A model generated the notes under the pieces. The model searched no databases, had not been told where the DNA came from, and saw only the letters and a program-made list of their open reading frames with translations. A stretch of DNA of 64,000 bases from Candidatus Aminicenantes bacterium (GTDB lineage Bacteria; Acidobacteriota; Aminicenantia; Aminicenantales; Saccharicenantaceae), in the NCBI GenBank assembly GCA_963809345.1, contig CAWEJF010000013.1, positions 57,155 to 121,154 of the forward strand, in the 5' to 3' direction. Positions 8,392-18,125 of this stretch are shown one piece after another. A program made the position numbers and the translations under genes. How positions within the stretch are numbered: the stretch's first letter is position 1; each line of letters starts with the position of its first letter.

Positions 8392-9777
8392 ATGAGAACC
8401 CCCCGGGCTGCCCTGCGAGTTATCATTTCCCTTATGAGCCTGGCGCCCCTGGCCTGGACCCAGGACTCCCACTACTGGACGAACCAATACGGGACGCGTG
8501 CCACCCTGCTCGGCGGGGCCGTCATCGGCAGCGTCCTCGACCTTTCCGGGACCTACTACAATCCCGGCGGCATGAGCCTGATCGAAAAGCCGCATACGCT
8601 CATGGCCGCTAACGTTTTCCAATATCCCCGGGTGCTCTTGCGAGGGAACCGTTCCCGGAAGCATCCCCCACAACAGGTTCAGCCCCAGGCCGGCGCCCGT
8701 TCCTGCTGGCCGGGACCCTTCGCGTCCGCGGTCTCCGGAATCACTTGGTTCGGCTATTCCTACGTGGCCCGCCAGGCCGTCAAGCTGGGCATCTCGAGCT
8801 CTCCCGCGGGTGTCCATGACGTTCTCCCGGACATGCCCGGATCGGAGGATTACGTCACCCAGTTTCGGCTCGACGAGAAGCTTTCCGAAAGCTGGTTCGG
8901 CCTGACCTGGTCCACCAAGCTGTCGAAACATATCGGTATCGGAGTGACGCAGTACATCGCGTACCGCTCGCATCGGGCCATCACTCAGGAGCTGGTCGAA
9001 GCGTTAAGCCAGGAGAACCGCCTTGCCGCGGCCCTTGGGGAGAGGCAGTACTCATATTATCATTTCCGGGCCCTGTGGAAGATCGGCCTGGCCTGCGATT
9101 TCGAAACGATCACCCTGGGCCTGACGCTCACTTCCCCCAGTCTGGCCATCGCCGGCAGGGGTTCGACGGGAGTCAATTCCACCCTCACCGGTCTGGACAT
9201 GGACGGGGACGGGGCCTCCGAGGATTTCCTGGCCTCGGATTATCACCGCCGGCTGCCTGTGACCTATGAAACGCCCTTATCGCTCGCGGCCGGCATGACC
9301 TTCAAGATCCAAAAGGTCCGGCTGTACTGGAGCACGGAATGGTTTGCCCGGGTCCGGCCATACACCGTCGTCGACGCGGCGCCCTTCGTCGCCCAATCGA
9401 CCGGGGAGGTCCTATCAACCGATGTCACCCAGGAGCTTTCGGCCGTCCTGAACTGGGGTGTCGGACTGGAGTGGTTCTATTCGCAGCGCTTCAAGGGCTA
9501 TGCCAGCTTCACCACGGACGACTCCGCAAAAAAGCCCGGGACATCGACGAACATCTCGCTGACCGACTGGGATATCCACCACATCGTCACCGGAGGGGAA
9601 TTTATCATCAAGAAATCCTCGGTCACCGTCGGCCTCGGCTTCTCGTTCGGGGGACGGGAGATCGGCGAGCGTCCCGACATCATCGCGCGGAGCGTCCTCG
9701 AAGGGGTTTGGGACCCGTTCGGGTCTCTGAAGTTCCGCTACAACTGCTACAAGCTGATCTTCGGCTTCGCCATCTGA
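8392..9777 (+). CDS. Hypothetical secreted protein, possibly an outer-membrane beta-barrel
   Basis: Start at MRTPRAALRVIISLMSLAPLAWTQDS (signal peptide). Aromatic/Gly-rich alternating pattern throughout. No family recognised. Confidence 0.45.
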   Translation: MRTPRAALRVIISLMSLAPLAWTQDSHYWTNQYGTRATLLGGAVIGSVLDLSGTYYNPGGMSLIEKPHTLMAANVFQYPRVLLRGNRSRKHPPQQVQPQAGARSCWPGPFASAVSGITWFGYSYVARQAVKLGISSSPAGVHDVLPDMPGSEDYVTQFRLDEKLSESWFGLTWSTKLSKHIGIGVTQYIAYRSHRAITQELVEALSQENRLAAALGERQYSYYHFRALWKIGLACDFETITLGLTLTSPSLAIAGRGSTGVNSTLTGLDMDGDGASEDFLASDYHRRLPVTYETPLSLAAGMTFKIQKVRLYWSTEWFARVRPYTVVDAAPFVAQSTGEVLSTDVTQELSAVLNWGVGLEWFYSQRFKGYASFTTDDSAKKPGTSTNISLTDWDIHHIVTGGEFIIKKSSVTVGLGFSFGGREIGERPDIIARSVLEGVWDPFGSLKFRYNCYKLIFGFAI

Positions 9778-9866
9778 GCGGGCCAAGAGGGCCATTGCGC
9801 CGGGGGCCGCGAATTCCTTATAATGAGCCATACGCTTCAAACCCATCATCCAGGGAGGACCCGTCC

Positions 9867-11063
9867 ATGAGAATTTCCCAGCGCGGAAATGATATCCAAG
9901 CGTCCCCGATCCGGAAGCTGAAGCCCTACGCCGACGCCGCCAAAGCCAAGGGGATCAAGGTGTTCCACATCAATATCGGCGATCCCGACATCCCCGCCCC
10001 GGGGCCGGTCATGGACACCTTCCATAACTGGAGCCAGCCCGTCCTCGGCTACGGGCCGGCCCAGGGATTCCTCGAGCTCCGCGAGGCCGTGACCCGCTAT
10101 TTCGCCAACTACAACATTCCGCTCGGGCCGGACGAGGTCCTCATCACGACGGGAGGGTCCGAGGCCATCCACTTCACCTTCTCCGTCATCGGCGACGTCG
10201 GCGACGAGATCGTCATCCCCGAGCCCTATTACACGAACTACAATGGCTACGCCGCCTTCGCCGGGCTCAAGATCGTCCCTTTGCCGCTCAGCGTCGAGGA
10301 CGGCTTCCGCCTGCCCCCGGTCGAGGCCATCGAAGCCAGGATCACGCCGCGGACGAAGGCCATTCTCCTCTGCTCGCCGAACAACCCGACGGGGACCGTC
10401 TACACGCCGGAGGAGCTGGACCGCGTCGTGGGGCTCGTCAAGAAGCACGATCTCTTCCTCGTCGGCGACGAGGTCTATAAGGAATTCATCTACGACGGCC
10501 TGAGGCACAAGAGCATCCTCGAGTACGAGGACATCAAGGAACGGGTCGTGGTCGTCGACAGCATCTCCAAGCGCTACAGCTGCTGTGGTGCCCGGATCGG
10601 CATGATCATCACCCGCAACAAGGACGTCTATGCGGCCGCCCTCAAGTTCGCCCAAGCCCGCCTCTGCCCGCCGTCGGTCGAGCAGATGGCCGCGCTGGCG
10701 GCCTACAACATGCCCATGAGCTACTTCCAGGGCGTCCGTGACGAGTACGACAAGCGCCGCAACATCCTCTACGAGGGTTTGAAGGACATCCCCGGCGTCG
10801 TCATCCGCAAGCCGCAGGGCGCTTTCTATGTCATCATCCGCCTGCCGGTCAAGGACGTCGAGCACTTCGCGGTCTGGCTCCTTTCGGAGTTCTCGCTCGA
10901 CGGCAAGACGGTCATGATCGCGCCGGCCCCCGGCTTCTACTCGACGCCGAGCCTGGGCACCGACGAGGCCCGCATCGCCTACGTCATCAACGAGCACGAG
11001 CTCCGCGAGGCCATCCGGGTCTTCAAGGCCGGCCTCGAGAAATACCAGGCCGTTCACGGCTGA
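9867..11063 (+). CDS. Pyridoxal-phosphate-dependent aminotransferase, class I (aspartate/aromatic aminotransferase-like)
   Basis: RBS cagggagga then ATG 9867. The ...SISKRYSCCGARIG... block is the PLP-lysine region of fold-type I aminotransferases. Confidence 0.8.
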   Translation: MRISQRGNDIQASPIRKLKPYADAAKAKGIKVFHINIGDPDIPAPGPVMDTFHNWSQPVLGYGPAQGFLELREAVTRYFANYNIPLGPDEVLITTGGSEAIHFTFSVIGDVGDEIVIPEPYYTNYNGYAAFAGLKIVPLPLSVEDGFRLPPVEAIEARITPRTKAILLCSPNNPTGTVYTPEELDRVVGLVKKHDLFLVGDEVYKEFIYDGLRHKSILEYEDIKERVVVVDSISKRYSCCGARIGMIITRNKDVYAAALKFAQARLCPPSVEQMAALAAYNMPMSYFQGVRDEYDKRRNILYEGLKDIPGVVIRKPQGAFYVIIRLPVKDVEHFAVWLLSEFSLDGKTVMIAPAPGFYSTPSLGTDEARIAYVINEHELREAIRVFKAGLEKYQAVHG

Positions 11064-11077
11064 GATCGGGCGGCTTC

Positions 11078-11560
11078 GTGAGTGAAGCGCGACGGGCCCT
11101 GCGGCAGGCACTGGCCATCGGGGCGCTCGGTCTGGTCGTCGCCGCGGCTGTCCATTTTCCGCTTATCAAGAGGTTCGCCCGGGGCGAGTTCCGGTCGTCG
11201 TTCTTCCTGACCTCCGAATATCCGGGCGTCCGCATGATCACGCTCGCGGAGGCGGAGGACCTCTGGGTGGCGGGGGAGGCCGTCATCCTGGACGCCCGGG
11301 CCGGCAGCGTCTTCGAGCAAGGCCACGTGCCCCGGGCCCGGAACATCCCCGCCTCCGACCTCGCGAGAGCGCTTCCCCCCGAGGTCCGCGAGCTCTCGAA
11401 GGAGAGGATCATCGTCGTCTACTGCGAAGGCGGGTCCTGCCAATCGAGCCTGGCGCTGGCCAAGCGGCTCCAGGAAGCCGGCTTTCGCGACATCCGGGTC
11501 TTCAGCGGCGGCTGGGAGGAATGGAAGAAAATGAGCCTCCCGGAGGAGACAGGGCGATGA
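11078..11560 (+). CDS. Rhodanese-domain protein (membrane-anchored sulfurtransferase-like)
   Basis: GTG start. N-terminal TM helix. Rhodanese active-site loop VVYCEGGSCQSS. Confidence 0.7.
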   Translation: MSEARRALRQALAIGALGLVVAAAVHFPLIKRFARGEFRSSFFLTSEYPGVRMITLAEAEDLWVAGEAVILDARAGSVFEQGHVPRARNIPASDLARALPPEVRELSKERIIVVYCEGGSCQSSLALAKRLQEAGFRDIRVFSGGWEEWKKMSLPEETGR

Positions 11561-12027
11561 TCCGAAACAAGACCGTCCTCCGCGTCTTTCGTCTCATCCT
11601 CGGCGGCCTGTTCGTCTACGCCGGTGTCGTCAAGGTCCTCGATCCCCTCGATTTCGCGCAGAACATCCGGAACTACGATCTCGTCGGGCCGTCGCTCTCT
11701 TTCATCGCTGCGATCGTCCTGCCCTGGCTCGAGGTCCTGGCCGGCGCCTGCCTCGTCGCCGGGATCTGGAAGCGCGGCGCGGCCCTCGTCATCTCGGGAC
11801 TTCTCGTCTTCTTCATCGTCCTGACCGTCGTGACCATGATCCGCGGCCTCGACGTCGACTGCGGCTGCTTCGGCGCCATCGACCGCAAAGCCGGCCTCAG
11901 CGTCATCCTCGAGGACCTGGCGATGCTCTATTTCAGCCTTTGTATCCTCTTCGCCTCCGAGAAGGAAGATCCCGAAAGAAGTCGAGGAGTCACGGCCCAG
12001 CAAACGCCCCGTTCTTCGCACGGCTGA
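11557..12027 (+). CDS. DoxX/MauE-family membrane protein
   Basis: ATGA overlap with the rhodanese stop. Four TM helices and the CGCFG motif typical of the MauE/DoxX family. Confidence 0.65.
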   Translation: MIRNKTVLRVFRLILGGLFVYAGVVKVLDPLDFAQNIRNYDLVGPSLSFIAAIVLPWLEVLAGACLVAGIWKRGAALVISGLLVFFIVLTVVTMIRGLDVDCGCFGAIDRKAGLSVILEDLAMLYFSLCILFASEKEDPERSRGVTAQQTPRSSHG

Positions 12028-12067
12028 GGGACGGTGACGCCGAGGGAGGAACCGTCCCGAGGCCGGG

Positions 12068-12096
12068 TTGAATTCAGGCGCTAATCCGTGTATATT
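12068..12096 (+). promoter_or_regulatory. Sigma-70-like promoter upstream of ppdK (TTGAAT-17 nt-TATATT)
   Basis: Near-consensus -35 TTGAAT at 12068-12073, a 17-nt spacer, and -10 TATATT at 12091-12096. Lies about 35 nt upstream of the ppdK ATG. Confidence 0.5.
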
Positions 12097-12129
12097 CTCA
12101 CAATTATCCTAAGTATCAGGAGATGACAG

Positions 12130-14895
12130 ATGGCCAAGAAGTATGTGTATTTCTTCGGGGCCGGCGCCGCCGAAGGCAACATGAAGATGAAGGACATCCT
12201 CGGCGGCAAGGGCGCCAACCTGGCCGAAATGGCCGGGATCGGCCTGCCCGTCCCCCCGGGGTTCACGATCTCGACCGAGGTCTGCGCGCTCTTCTACAAG
12301 AACCGCGAGAAGGTCCCCGAGGCCGTCCGCCTCGAGGTCGAGAAGAACCTGAAGAAGCTCGAAAAGACCGTCGGCCAGGCCTTCGGCGATCCCAAGAGCC
12401 CCCTGCTCGTCTCCGTCCGCTCCGGCGCCCGGGCCTCCATGCCGGGGATGATGGACACCATCCTCAACCTCGGCCTCAACGACAAGACGGCCGCGGCCCT
12501 GGCCGTCAAGACCGGCAACGACCGCTTCGTCTACGACAGCTACCGCCGGTTCGTCCAGATGTACGGCGACGTCGTCCTCGGCCTCAAGCCCGTCCACAAG
12601 GACGACATCGATCCTTTCGAAGCCATCATCGAACGGAAGAAGCATGAGCTCGGCATCGCCAGCGACACCGACCTCTCGGCCGCCGACCTCAAGGACCTCG
12701 TGTCCCGTTTCAAAGCGGCCATCAAGGCCAAGGCCGGCCGCGATTTCCCCGACGATCCCAAGACGCAGCTCTGGGGCGCGATCGGCGCCGTCTTCGGGTC
12801 GTGGATGAACGACCGGGCTATCGCCTACCGCAAGCTCTACGACATCCCCGAGGCTTGGGGCACGGCCGTCAACGTCCAACTCATGGTCTTCGGCAACATG
12901 GGCAACGACTCGGGCACCGGCGTCGCCTTCACCCGTGACGCGGCCACCGGAGAGAACGTCTTCTACGGCGAGTACCTCATGAACGCCCAGGGCGAGGATG
13001 TCGTCGCGGGCACCCGCACGCCCAAGCCGATCGCCGAGCTGAAGAAGGACGACGCCAAGGCCTACGCCCGGCTCGAGAAGATCCGGCACACGCTCGAAAA
13101 GCACTATACGGACATGATGGACATCGAGTTCACCATCCAGCAGGGCCAGCTCTACATGCTCCAGTGCCGGGTCGGCAAGCGCACGGCCTTCGCCGCGATC
13201 AAGATCGCCGTCGACATGGTCGGCGAAAAGCTCATCGGCGAGAAGGACGCTCTGGCCCGGATCGAGCCGGACCAGCTCAACCAGCTCCTCCGGCCCATCT
13301 TCGATCACGCCGAGAAGGACGCCGCCTTCAAGGGCGGCCGGCTGCTGACCAAAGGCCTCAACGCCGGTCCCGGCGCCGCCACGGGCCGCATCGTCTTCAA
13401 CTCCGTCGACGCCGAGGCCTGGGCCAAGCGAGGCGAGAAGGTCATCCTGACCCGCATCGAGACCTCGCCCGAGGACATCAAGGGCATGAACGCGGCCGAG
13501 GGCATCCTGACCGCCCGCGGCGGCATGACCTCGCACGCCGCCCTCGTCGCCCGTCAGATGGGCCGGGTCTGCGTCGCCGGCTGCGGCGAGCTCCTCATCG
13601 ACTACGCCGCCCACACGATGACCGTCAAGGGCCGGAAGCTCCATGAGGGCGACTGGATCTCGATCGACGGCACGACCGGCCAGGTCATCGAGGGCCAGCT
13701 CAACACCAAGCCCTCCGAGGTCCTCCAGGTCCTGATCGAAAAGAGCCTCGCCCCGGCCAAGGCGCCCGTCTACCAGACCTTCGCCAAGGTCATGTCCTGG
13801 GCCGACAAATACCGGACGCTCAAGATCCGGACCAACGCCGACCAGCCCGACCAGTCGGCCAACGCCGTGGCCTTCGGGGCCGAAGGCATCGGCCTTTGCC
13901 GGACGGAGCACATGTTCTTCGGCGAAGGCAAGATCGGGCCCATGCGCGAGATGATCCTGGCCGACACGCTCGACCAGAGGCGGGCGGCACTGGCCAAGCT
14001 CCTGCCCCTCCAGAGGAAGGATTTCGCCGGCATCTTCGAGGTCATGGCCGGCCGGCCCGTGACCATCCGGACGATCGACCCGCCGCTCCACGAGTTCCTG
14101 CCCCACGAGGAGAAGGAACAGCGCGAGGTCGCGGCCCAGATGGGCATCTCTTTCGAGAAGGTCCGGGAGCGCGTCGATTCGCTCCACGAGTTCAATCCCA
14201 TGCTCGGCTTCCGCGGCTGCCGTCTGGGCATCATCTACCCGGAGATCACCGAGATGCAGGCCCGGGCCATCTTCGAGGCCGCCGCGGCCACGAAGAAGAA
14301 AAAGATCCCGGTCCTGCCCGAGGTCATGATCCCGCTTGTCGGCCACGTCAAGGAGCTCCAGAACCAGGAGAAGCTCGTCCGGGCCACGGCCGAGGCCGTC
14401 ATGAAGGAACAGGGCATCACGTTCGACTACCTCGTCGGGACGATGATCGAGATCCCGCGCGGCGCCATCACGGCCGACGAGATCGCGACCGTGGCCGAGT
14501 TCTTCAGCTTCGGCACGAACGACCTGACCCAGACGACGCTCGGCGTCAGCCGCGACGACGCCGCCCGCTTCCTCGTCCCCTACGTTGAGAAGGAGATCTA
14601 CGCCAAGGACCCGTTCGAGGTCATCGACCGCGATGGCGTCGGCCAGCTCATGCGCATGGCTGTCGAGAGGGGCCGCAAGACGCGGCCGGGGATCAAGCTG
14701 GGCATCTGCGGCGAGCACGGCGGCGAGCCGTCGTCTGTCGAGTTCTGCCACCTCATCGGCCTGAGCTACGTGAGTTGCTCGCCCTTCCGGGTGCCCATCG
14801 CCCGGCTGGCGGCGGCCCGGGCGGCCCTCCTCAACGCGCCCAAGGCCCCGGCAAATAAGGCCGCCAAAGCGAAGAGGCCGGTCCGAAAGCGCTGA
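12130..14895 (+). CDS. ppdK: Pyruvate, phosphate dikinase
   Basis: 921 aa, N-terminus [12 protein letters not shown]...[10 protein letters not shown]. The catalytic His region ([15 protein letters not shown]) and the PEP-utilising C-terminal TIM-barrel motifs are present. Confidence 0.95.
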   Translation: MAKKYVYFFGAGAAEGNMKMKDILGGKGANLAEMAGIGLPVPPGFTISTEVCALFYKNREKVPEAVRLEVEKNLKKLEKTVGQAFGDPKSPLLVSVRSGARASMPGMMDTILNLGLNDKTAAALAVKTGNDRFVYDSYRRFVQMYGDVVLGLKPVHKDDIDPFEAIIERKKHELGIASDTDLSAADLKDLVSRFKAAIKAKAGRDFPDDPKTQLWGAIGAVFGSWMNDRAIAYRKLYDIPEAWGTAVNVQLMVFGNMGNDSGTGVAFTRDAATGENVFYGEYLMNAQGEDVVAGTRTPKPIAELKKDDAKAYARLEKIRHTLEKHYTDMMDIEFTIQQGQLYMLQCRVGKRTAFAAIKIAVDMVGEKLIGEKDALARIEPDQLNQLLRPIFDHAEKDAAFKGGRLLTKGLNAGPGAATGRIVFNSVDAEAWAKRGEKVILTRIETSPEDIKGMNAAEGILTARGGMTSHAALVARQMGRVCVAGCGELLIDYAAHTMTVKGRKLHEGDWISIDGTTGQVIEGQLNTKPSEVLQVLIEKSLAPAKAPVYQTFAKVMSWADKYRTLKIRTNADQPDQSANAVAFGAEGIGLCRTEHMFFGEGKIGPMREMILADTLDQRRAALAKLLPLQRKDFAGIFEVMAGRPVTIRTIDPPLHEFLPHEEKEQREVAAQMGISFEKVRERVDSLHEFNPMLGFRGCRLGIIYPEITEMQARAIFEAAAATKKKKIPVLPEVMIPLVGHVKELQNQEKLVRATAEAVMKEQGITFDYLVGTMIEIPRGAITADEIATVAEFFSFGTNDLTQTTLGVSRDDAARFLVPYVEKEIYAKDPFEVIDRDGVGQLMRMAVERGRKTRPGIKLGICGEHGGEPSSVEFCHLIGLSYVSCSPFRVPIARLAAARAALLNAPKAPANKAAKAKRPVRKR

Positions 14896-14961
14896 TTTCG
14901 GGCCGATTCCGGTGCTTCTCCCGTCATCATCGGGGAAGTCCGTCGTGAGGCGGCGAGGGAT

Positions 14962-15054
14962 GTCGCTCAAAAGCCCCCGTGAGGGAAGGGGGGCCCGCCG
15001 GAGGCGGGGGAAACCAGCTACAAGGTTTCCGGGGTGCGGGGGCAAGGAGCGATA
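14962..15054 (+). repeat. Structured GC-rich repeat element, copy B (3' of ppdK)
   Basis: Same core as copy A. Termini GGGATGTCGC ... GCGATATCC are shared with copy D. Confidence 0.8.
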
Positions 15055-15141
15055 TCCTGAGCAAAGCCTCTGAGGGAACTTCCTCGATTCCCAGAGAAGC
15101 ACCTTTTTTCCGGTTCGGTTTTTTGATATGGTGAGGTTCGC

Positions 15142-16137
15142 ATGGGCGATCTGCTCAACCTCGTCAAGGTCCTCGTCGGGAAGCGCTTCCCGTTCCAGCT
15201 CATCTTCAGCAACGAATACTGGATGGTCGAGACCGGCAAGCACGTCTTCCCCCTCCAGAAGTACCGGCTCGTCTACGAGAACCTCCTGGCCATGGGCGCG
15301 AAAAAGGAGAATTTCCTCAGGCCCCGGCCGGCCCCGGACGAGGATGTGCTCCTCGTCCACACCTCGCGCTATCTCAAGCGCGTCAAGACGGGCGGCCTGA
15401 GCCCGGCGGAGCTCAAGGCCCTCGAGGTCCGCTATTCGCCCGAGCTCGTCCGCTTCGCCCTTCTTTCGGTCGGCGGGACGGTCCTCACGGCCCGCAAAGC
15501 CATAGAATCGGGCCTGGCCGTGCACCTCGGCGGGGGCTGGCACCATGCCTTCCCCGACCACGGCGAGGGCTTCTGCCTCCTCAACGACGTGGCCGTGGCC
15601 GCGCGCAAGGTCATCGTCGACAAGCTCGCCGAGCGGGTCATGATCGTCGATTGCGATCTCCACCAGGGCAACGGCACGGCCGCCGCGCTCGCCGGCCGGC
15701 CGGAGATCTTCACCTTCTCCATCCACCAGATGGACATCTACCCCACGGAAAAACCCTTGAGTACCCGCGACGTCGGCCTCTGGGCTGGGGACGGCGACGC
15801 CAAGTACCTGACCGAGCTGCGCGCCCACATCCCCAAGATCTACCGGGAGTTCCGGCCGAACCTCGTCATCTACCTGGCAGGCGCCGACCCCTACGAAAAA
15901 GATCAATTGGGGGGCCTGGCCTTGACCAAGGCCGGATTGAAGGAGCGGGACAAGGTCGTCATCGAGAACGCCCGCGGATTGGGGATCCCCGTCGCTGTCG
16001 TCCTGGCCGGTGGCTACGCGCTGGAGATCAAGGACACCGTCGATATCCACCTCAACACGGTCCGCATCGCCCAGCGCGTGCAGAGGATCTACCCCGAGCC
16101 GCCGCCGGGCCCCCCCGTCGTGCGGCGCCCCGTCTGA
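15142..16137 (+). CDS. Histone deacetylase-family amidohydrolase (AcuC/HDAC-like)
   Basis: HDAC class motifs GGGWHHA...GFCLLNDVA...DCDLHQGNG. Confidence 0.8.
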   Translation: MGDLLNLVKVLVGKRFPFQLIFSNEYWMVETGKHVFPLQKYRLVYENLLAMGAKKENFLRPRPAPDEDVLLVHTSRYLKRVKTGGLSPAELKALEVRYSPELVRFALLSVGGTVLTARKAIESGLAVHLGGGWHHAFPDHGEGFCLLNDVAVAARKVIVDKLAERVMIVDCDLHQGNGTAAALAGRPEIFTFSIHQMDIYPTEKPLSTRDVGLWAGDGDAKYLTELRAHIPKIYREFRPNLVIYLAGADPYEKDQLGGLALTKAGLKERDKVVIENARGLGIPVAVVLAGGYALEIKDTVDIHLNTVRIAQRVQRIYPEPPPGPPVVRRPV

Positions 16138-16164
16138 GTCCGTGCGGCGGCGTCCGCCCCGGTC

Positions 16165-17403
16165 CTATTCCTGCAGGAAGATGTGGCCGAAGACCTTGGC
16201 GTCGCAGACCATGTTGTCGATGATGCAGTACTCGTTCGGCTGGTGGGCCGTCTCGTCGAGCCTGGACCAGCAGGCCGCGGGGAACCCGGCCCGGCGGAAC
16301 ACGGCGGCCACCGTGCCGCCGCCGATGCCCATGGCCCGGGCGTCCTGCTTGTAGACCGTCTGGATGGCCTTCTTGAGGGCCATGACCACGGGGGCCTGGG
16401 CCGGCGTGGGCGGAGCGGCCGGGGCCTTCTGCTGGACCTCGATGTGGATCTTGACCTTGAACTTCTTTTCGATCCGGGCCGCGATCTTCCGGATCGTTTT
16501 CTGGACGTCCTGGACCTTGAACTTGGGCATGATCCGCATGTCCATGTAGAAGACATCCTCGCCGGGGATGGTGTTGACGTTGGGGACGTTGGCCTCTTTC
16601 TTCGTCGGTTCGAAGGTCGAGATGGGCGGATCGAAGAGCCGGTCCCGGCCCGGGTAAACCTTATAGAGGTCGTTTAAAGCGACGATGAAGAAGCTGGCGG
16701 CCTTGAAGCTGTTGATGCCCTTCTCGGGCGTCGAGCCGTGGGCCTGCTTGCCGATCGTCTTGAACTTGAGCCAGAGGAGGCTCTTTTCGGCCACTTCGAT
16801 CATCGTCCCGGTCTCGTTTCCGGCGTCGGGGACGATGATAAGGTCCTGCTTGCGGAAACATTTGTGGTTCTGGAGGACGTGCTCGATGCCCTTCATGCTT
16901 CCCGTCTCTTCATCGGCGACGAGGGCGATGCCGATATCGAAGGCCGGGACGATGCCCTCGGCCCTCAGGGCCTTGACGGCGAAGAGCGAGGCGACCATGT
17001 CCTGCTGGTTGTCCTCGACGCCGCGGCCATGGATCCGGCCCTTCTCGACCCAGGCCTTGAACGGATCGCCGTGCCACAGGGCCAGCTCGCCGGGCGGGAC
17101 GACGTCCATGTGGGTCATGACCCACACCGTCTTGGCGTGGCTCTTCCCCCGGTAATAGGCGAGGATGTTCGGACGGTATCCGGCCGGCGCATCGAGATCG
17201 GGGGATTTGACGACGGAGATGTCGACGAACCCGTTCGCCCTGAGCCACTCGACGAGGAAATCGGCCTTCTTGGCCTCGCCCTCACCGCCGCTCGATGGAG
17301 CGATCGCCGGGATGGCGCACAGGCGCATCTGGAGGTCGACCATCTCATCTCGGTATTTTTCGATCCGGCGGGCCAGCTTGTCGAACGTCGCGTCGGGATT
17401 CAT
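16165..17403 (-). CDS. M20-family metallopeptidase (ArgE/DapE-like)
   Basis: HMDVVP...GRGVEDNQ...DEETGS metal-ligand motifs. Start chosen at MNPDATF. Confidence 0.8.
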   Translation of the reverse strand: MNPDATFDKLARRIEKYRDEMVDLQMRLCAIPAIAPSSGGEGEAKKADFLVEWLRANGFVDISVVKSPDLDAPAGYRPNILAYYRGKSHAKTVWVMTHMDVVPPGELALWHGDPFKAWVEKGRIHGRGVEDNQQDMVASLFAVKALRAEGIVPAFDIGIALVADEETGSMKGIEHVLQNHKCFRKQDLIIVPDAGNETGTMIEVAEKSLLWLKFKTIGKQAHGSTPEKGINSFKAASFFIVALNDLYKVYPGRDRLFDPPISTFEPTKKEANVPNVNTIPGEDVFYMDMRIMPKFKVQDVQKTIRKIAARIEKKFKVKIHIEVQQKAPAAPPTPAQAPVVMALKKAIQTVYKQDARAMGIGGGTVAAVFRRAGFPAACWSRLDETAHQPNEYCIIDNMVCDAKVFGHIFLQE

Positions 17404-17477
17404 GCGGGGACTCCTTGGTGCGGGCATATCGGCCGCATCTTATCATGCCGGCCCGGGAAAAAAAAGGCGGCGCGCAC

Positions 17478-18113
17478 TCATCGGCCTGCGGGGAGCAGGC
17501 GATCCTCCCGGAGCATGCGGACGCCGACGAACGCGTATTGAACGAAGGAGGCGGCCGTAAGAAGGGCCGTCAGGACGTAGAGCCAGCCCAGGGACTGCGG
17601 GGATTTGCCTGTGGCGTTTAGATAGAGCATGAAATACACGAGGAAGATCTGGCAGACCGTGCTGGCTTTCCCGGAAAGGACCGGGCGGAAGGTCCGCTTG
17701 CCCCGGAGCGCGACGATGATCAGGGAACCCAGCGCGATCGCGAGGTCACGGCCGATGCAGAGGACCGTCAGCCACACCGGCAGCGTGTTCGGCAGGCCGA
17801 GGCCCGGAACGGTCAGGACAACGAAGGCCGCCGTCAGCAGGACCTTGTCGCCGATCGGATCGAGCCACAGCCCCAGGTTCGATCTGAGCTCGAATTTCCG
17901 GGCGGCGAATCCGTCGAGCGCGTCGGTCGCTCCGGCGGCCAGGAACACGAAGAAGGCCGGCCAAGGCCGGCCCTGGACGACCAGGAGCACGAAGACCGGC
18001 GTCAGCACGATCCGGAAGAGTGACAGGAGGTTGGGCAGGAGGAAGATCTCGGACCGGCGCGTCCTTGCCGCCGGGGTCTCGACGTCCTCCGCCGATCCTT
18101 TCATCTCTTCCAT
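17478..18113 (-). CDS. pgsA: CDP-alcohol phosphatidyltransferase (phosphatidylglycerophosphate synthase-like)
   Basis: DALDGFAARKFE...LGLWLDPIGDK motif (D-G-x2-A-R...G...D-x3-D). Multi-TM protein. Confidence 0.8.
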   Translation of the reverse strand: MEEMKGSAEDVETPAARTRRSEIFLLPNLLSLFRIVLTPVFVLLVVQGRPWPAFFVFLAAGATDALDGFAARKFELRSNLGLWLDPIGDKVLLTAAFVVLTVPGLGLPNTLPVWLTVLCIGRDLAIALGSLIIVALRGKRTFRPVLSGKASTVCQIFLVYFMLYLNATGKSPQSLGWLYVLTALLTAASFVQYAFVGVRMLREDRLLPAGR

Positions 18114-18125
18114 GTTCGCTGTTCC

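Noticed and set aside
9846-11111. 421-aa antisense ORF opposite the aminotransferase
   Set aside because: Antisense high-GC artefact. The sense strand carries an unambiguous PLP aminotransferase.
12109-16050. 1313-aa ORF on the minus strand spanning ppdK and the HDAC gene
   Set aside because: It is antisense to two well-supported genes. The composition is Gly/Asp/Leu/Arg-biased with no motifs. Stop-codon depletion in a 68% GC genome produces such ORFs.
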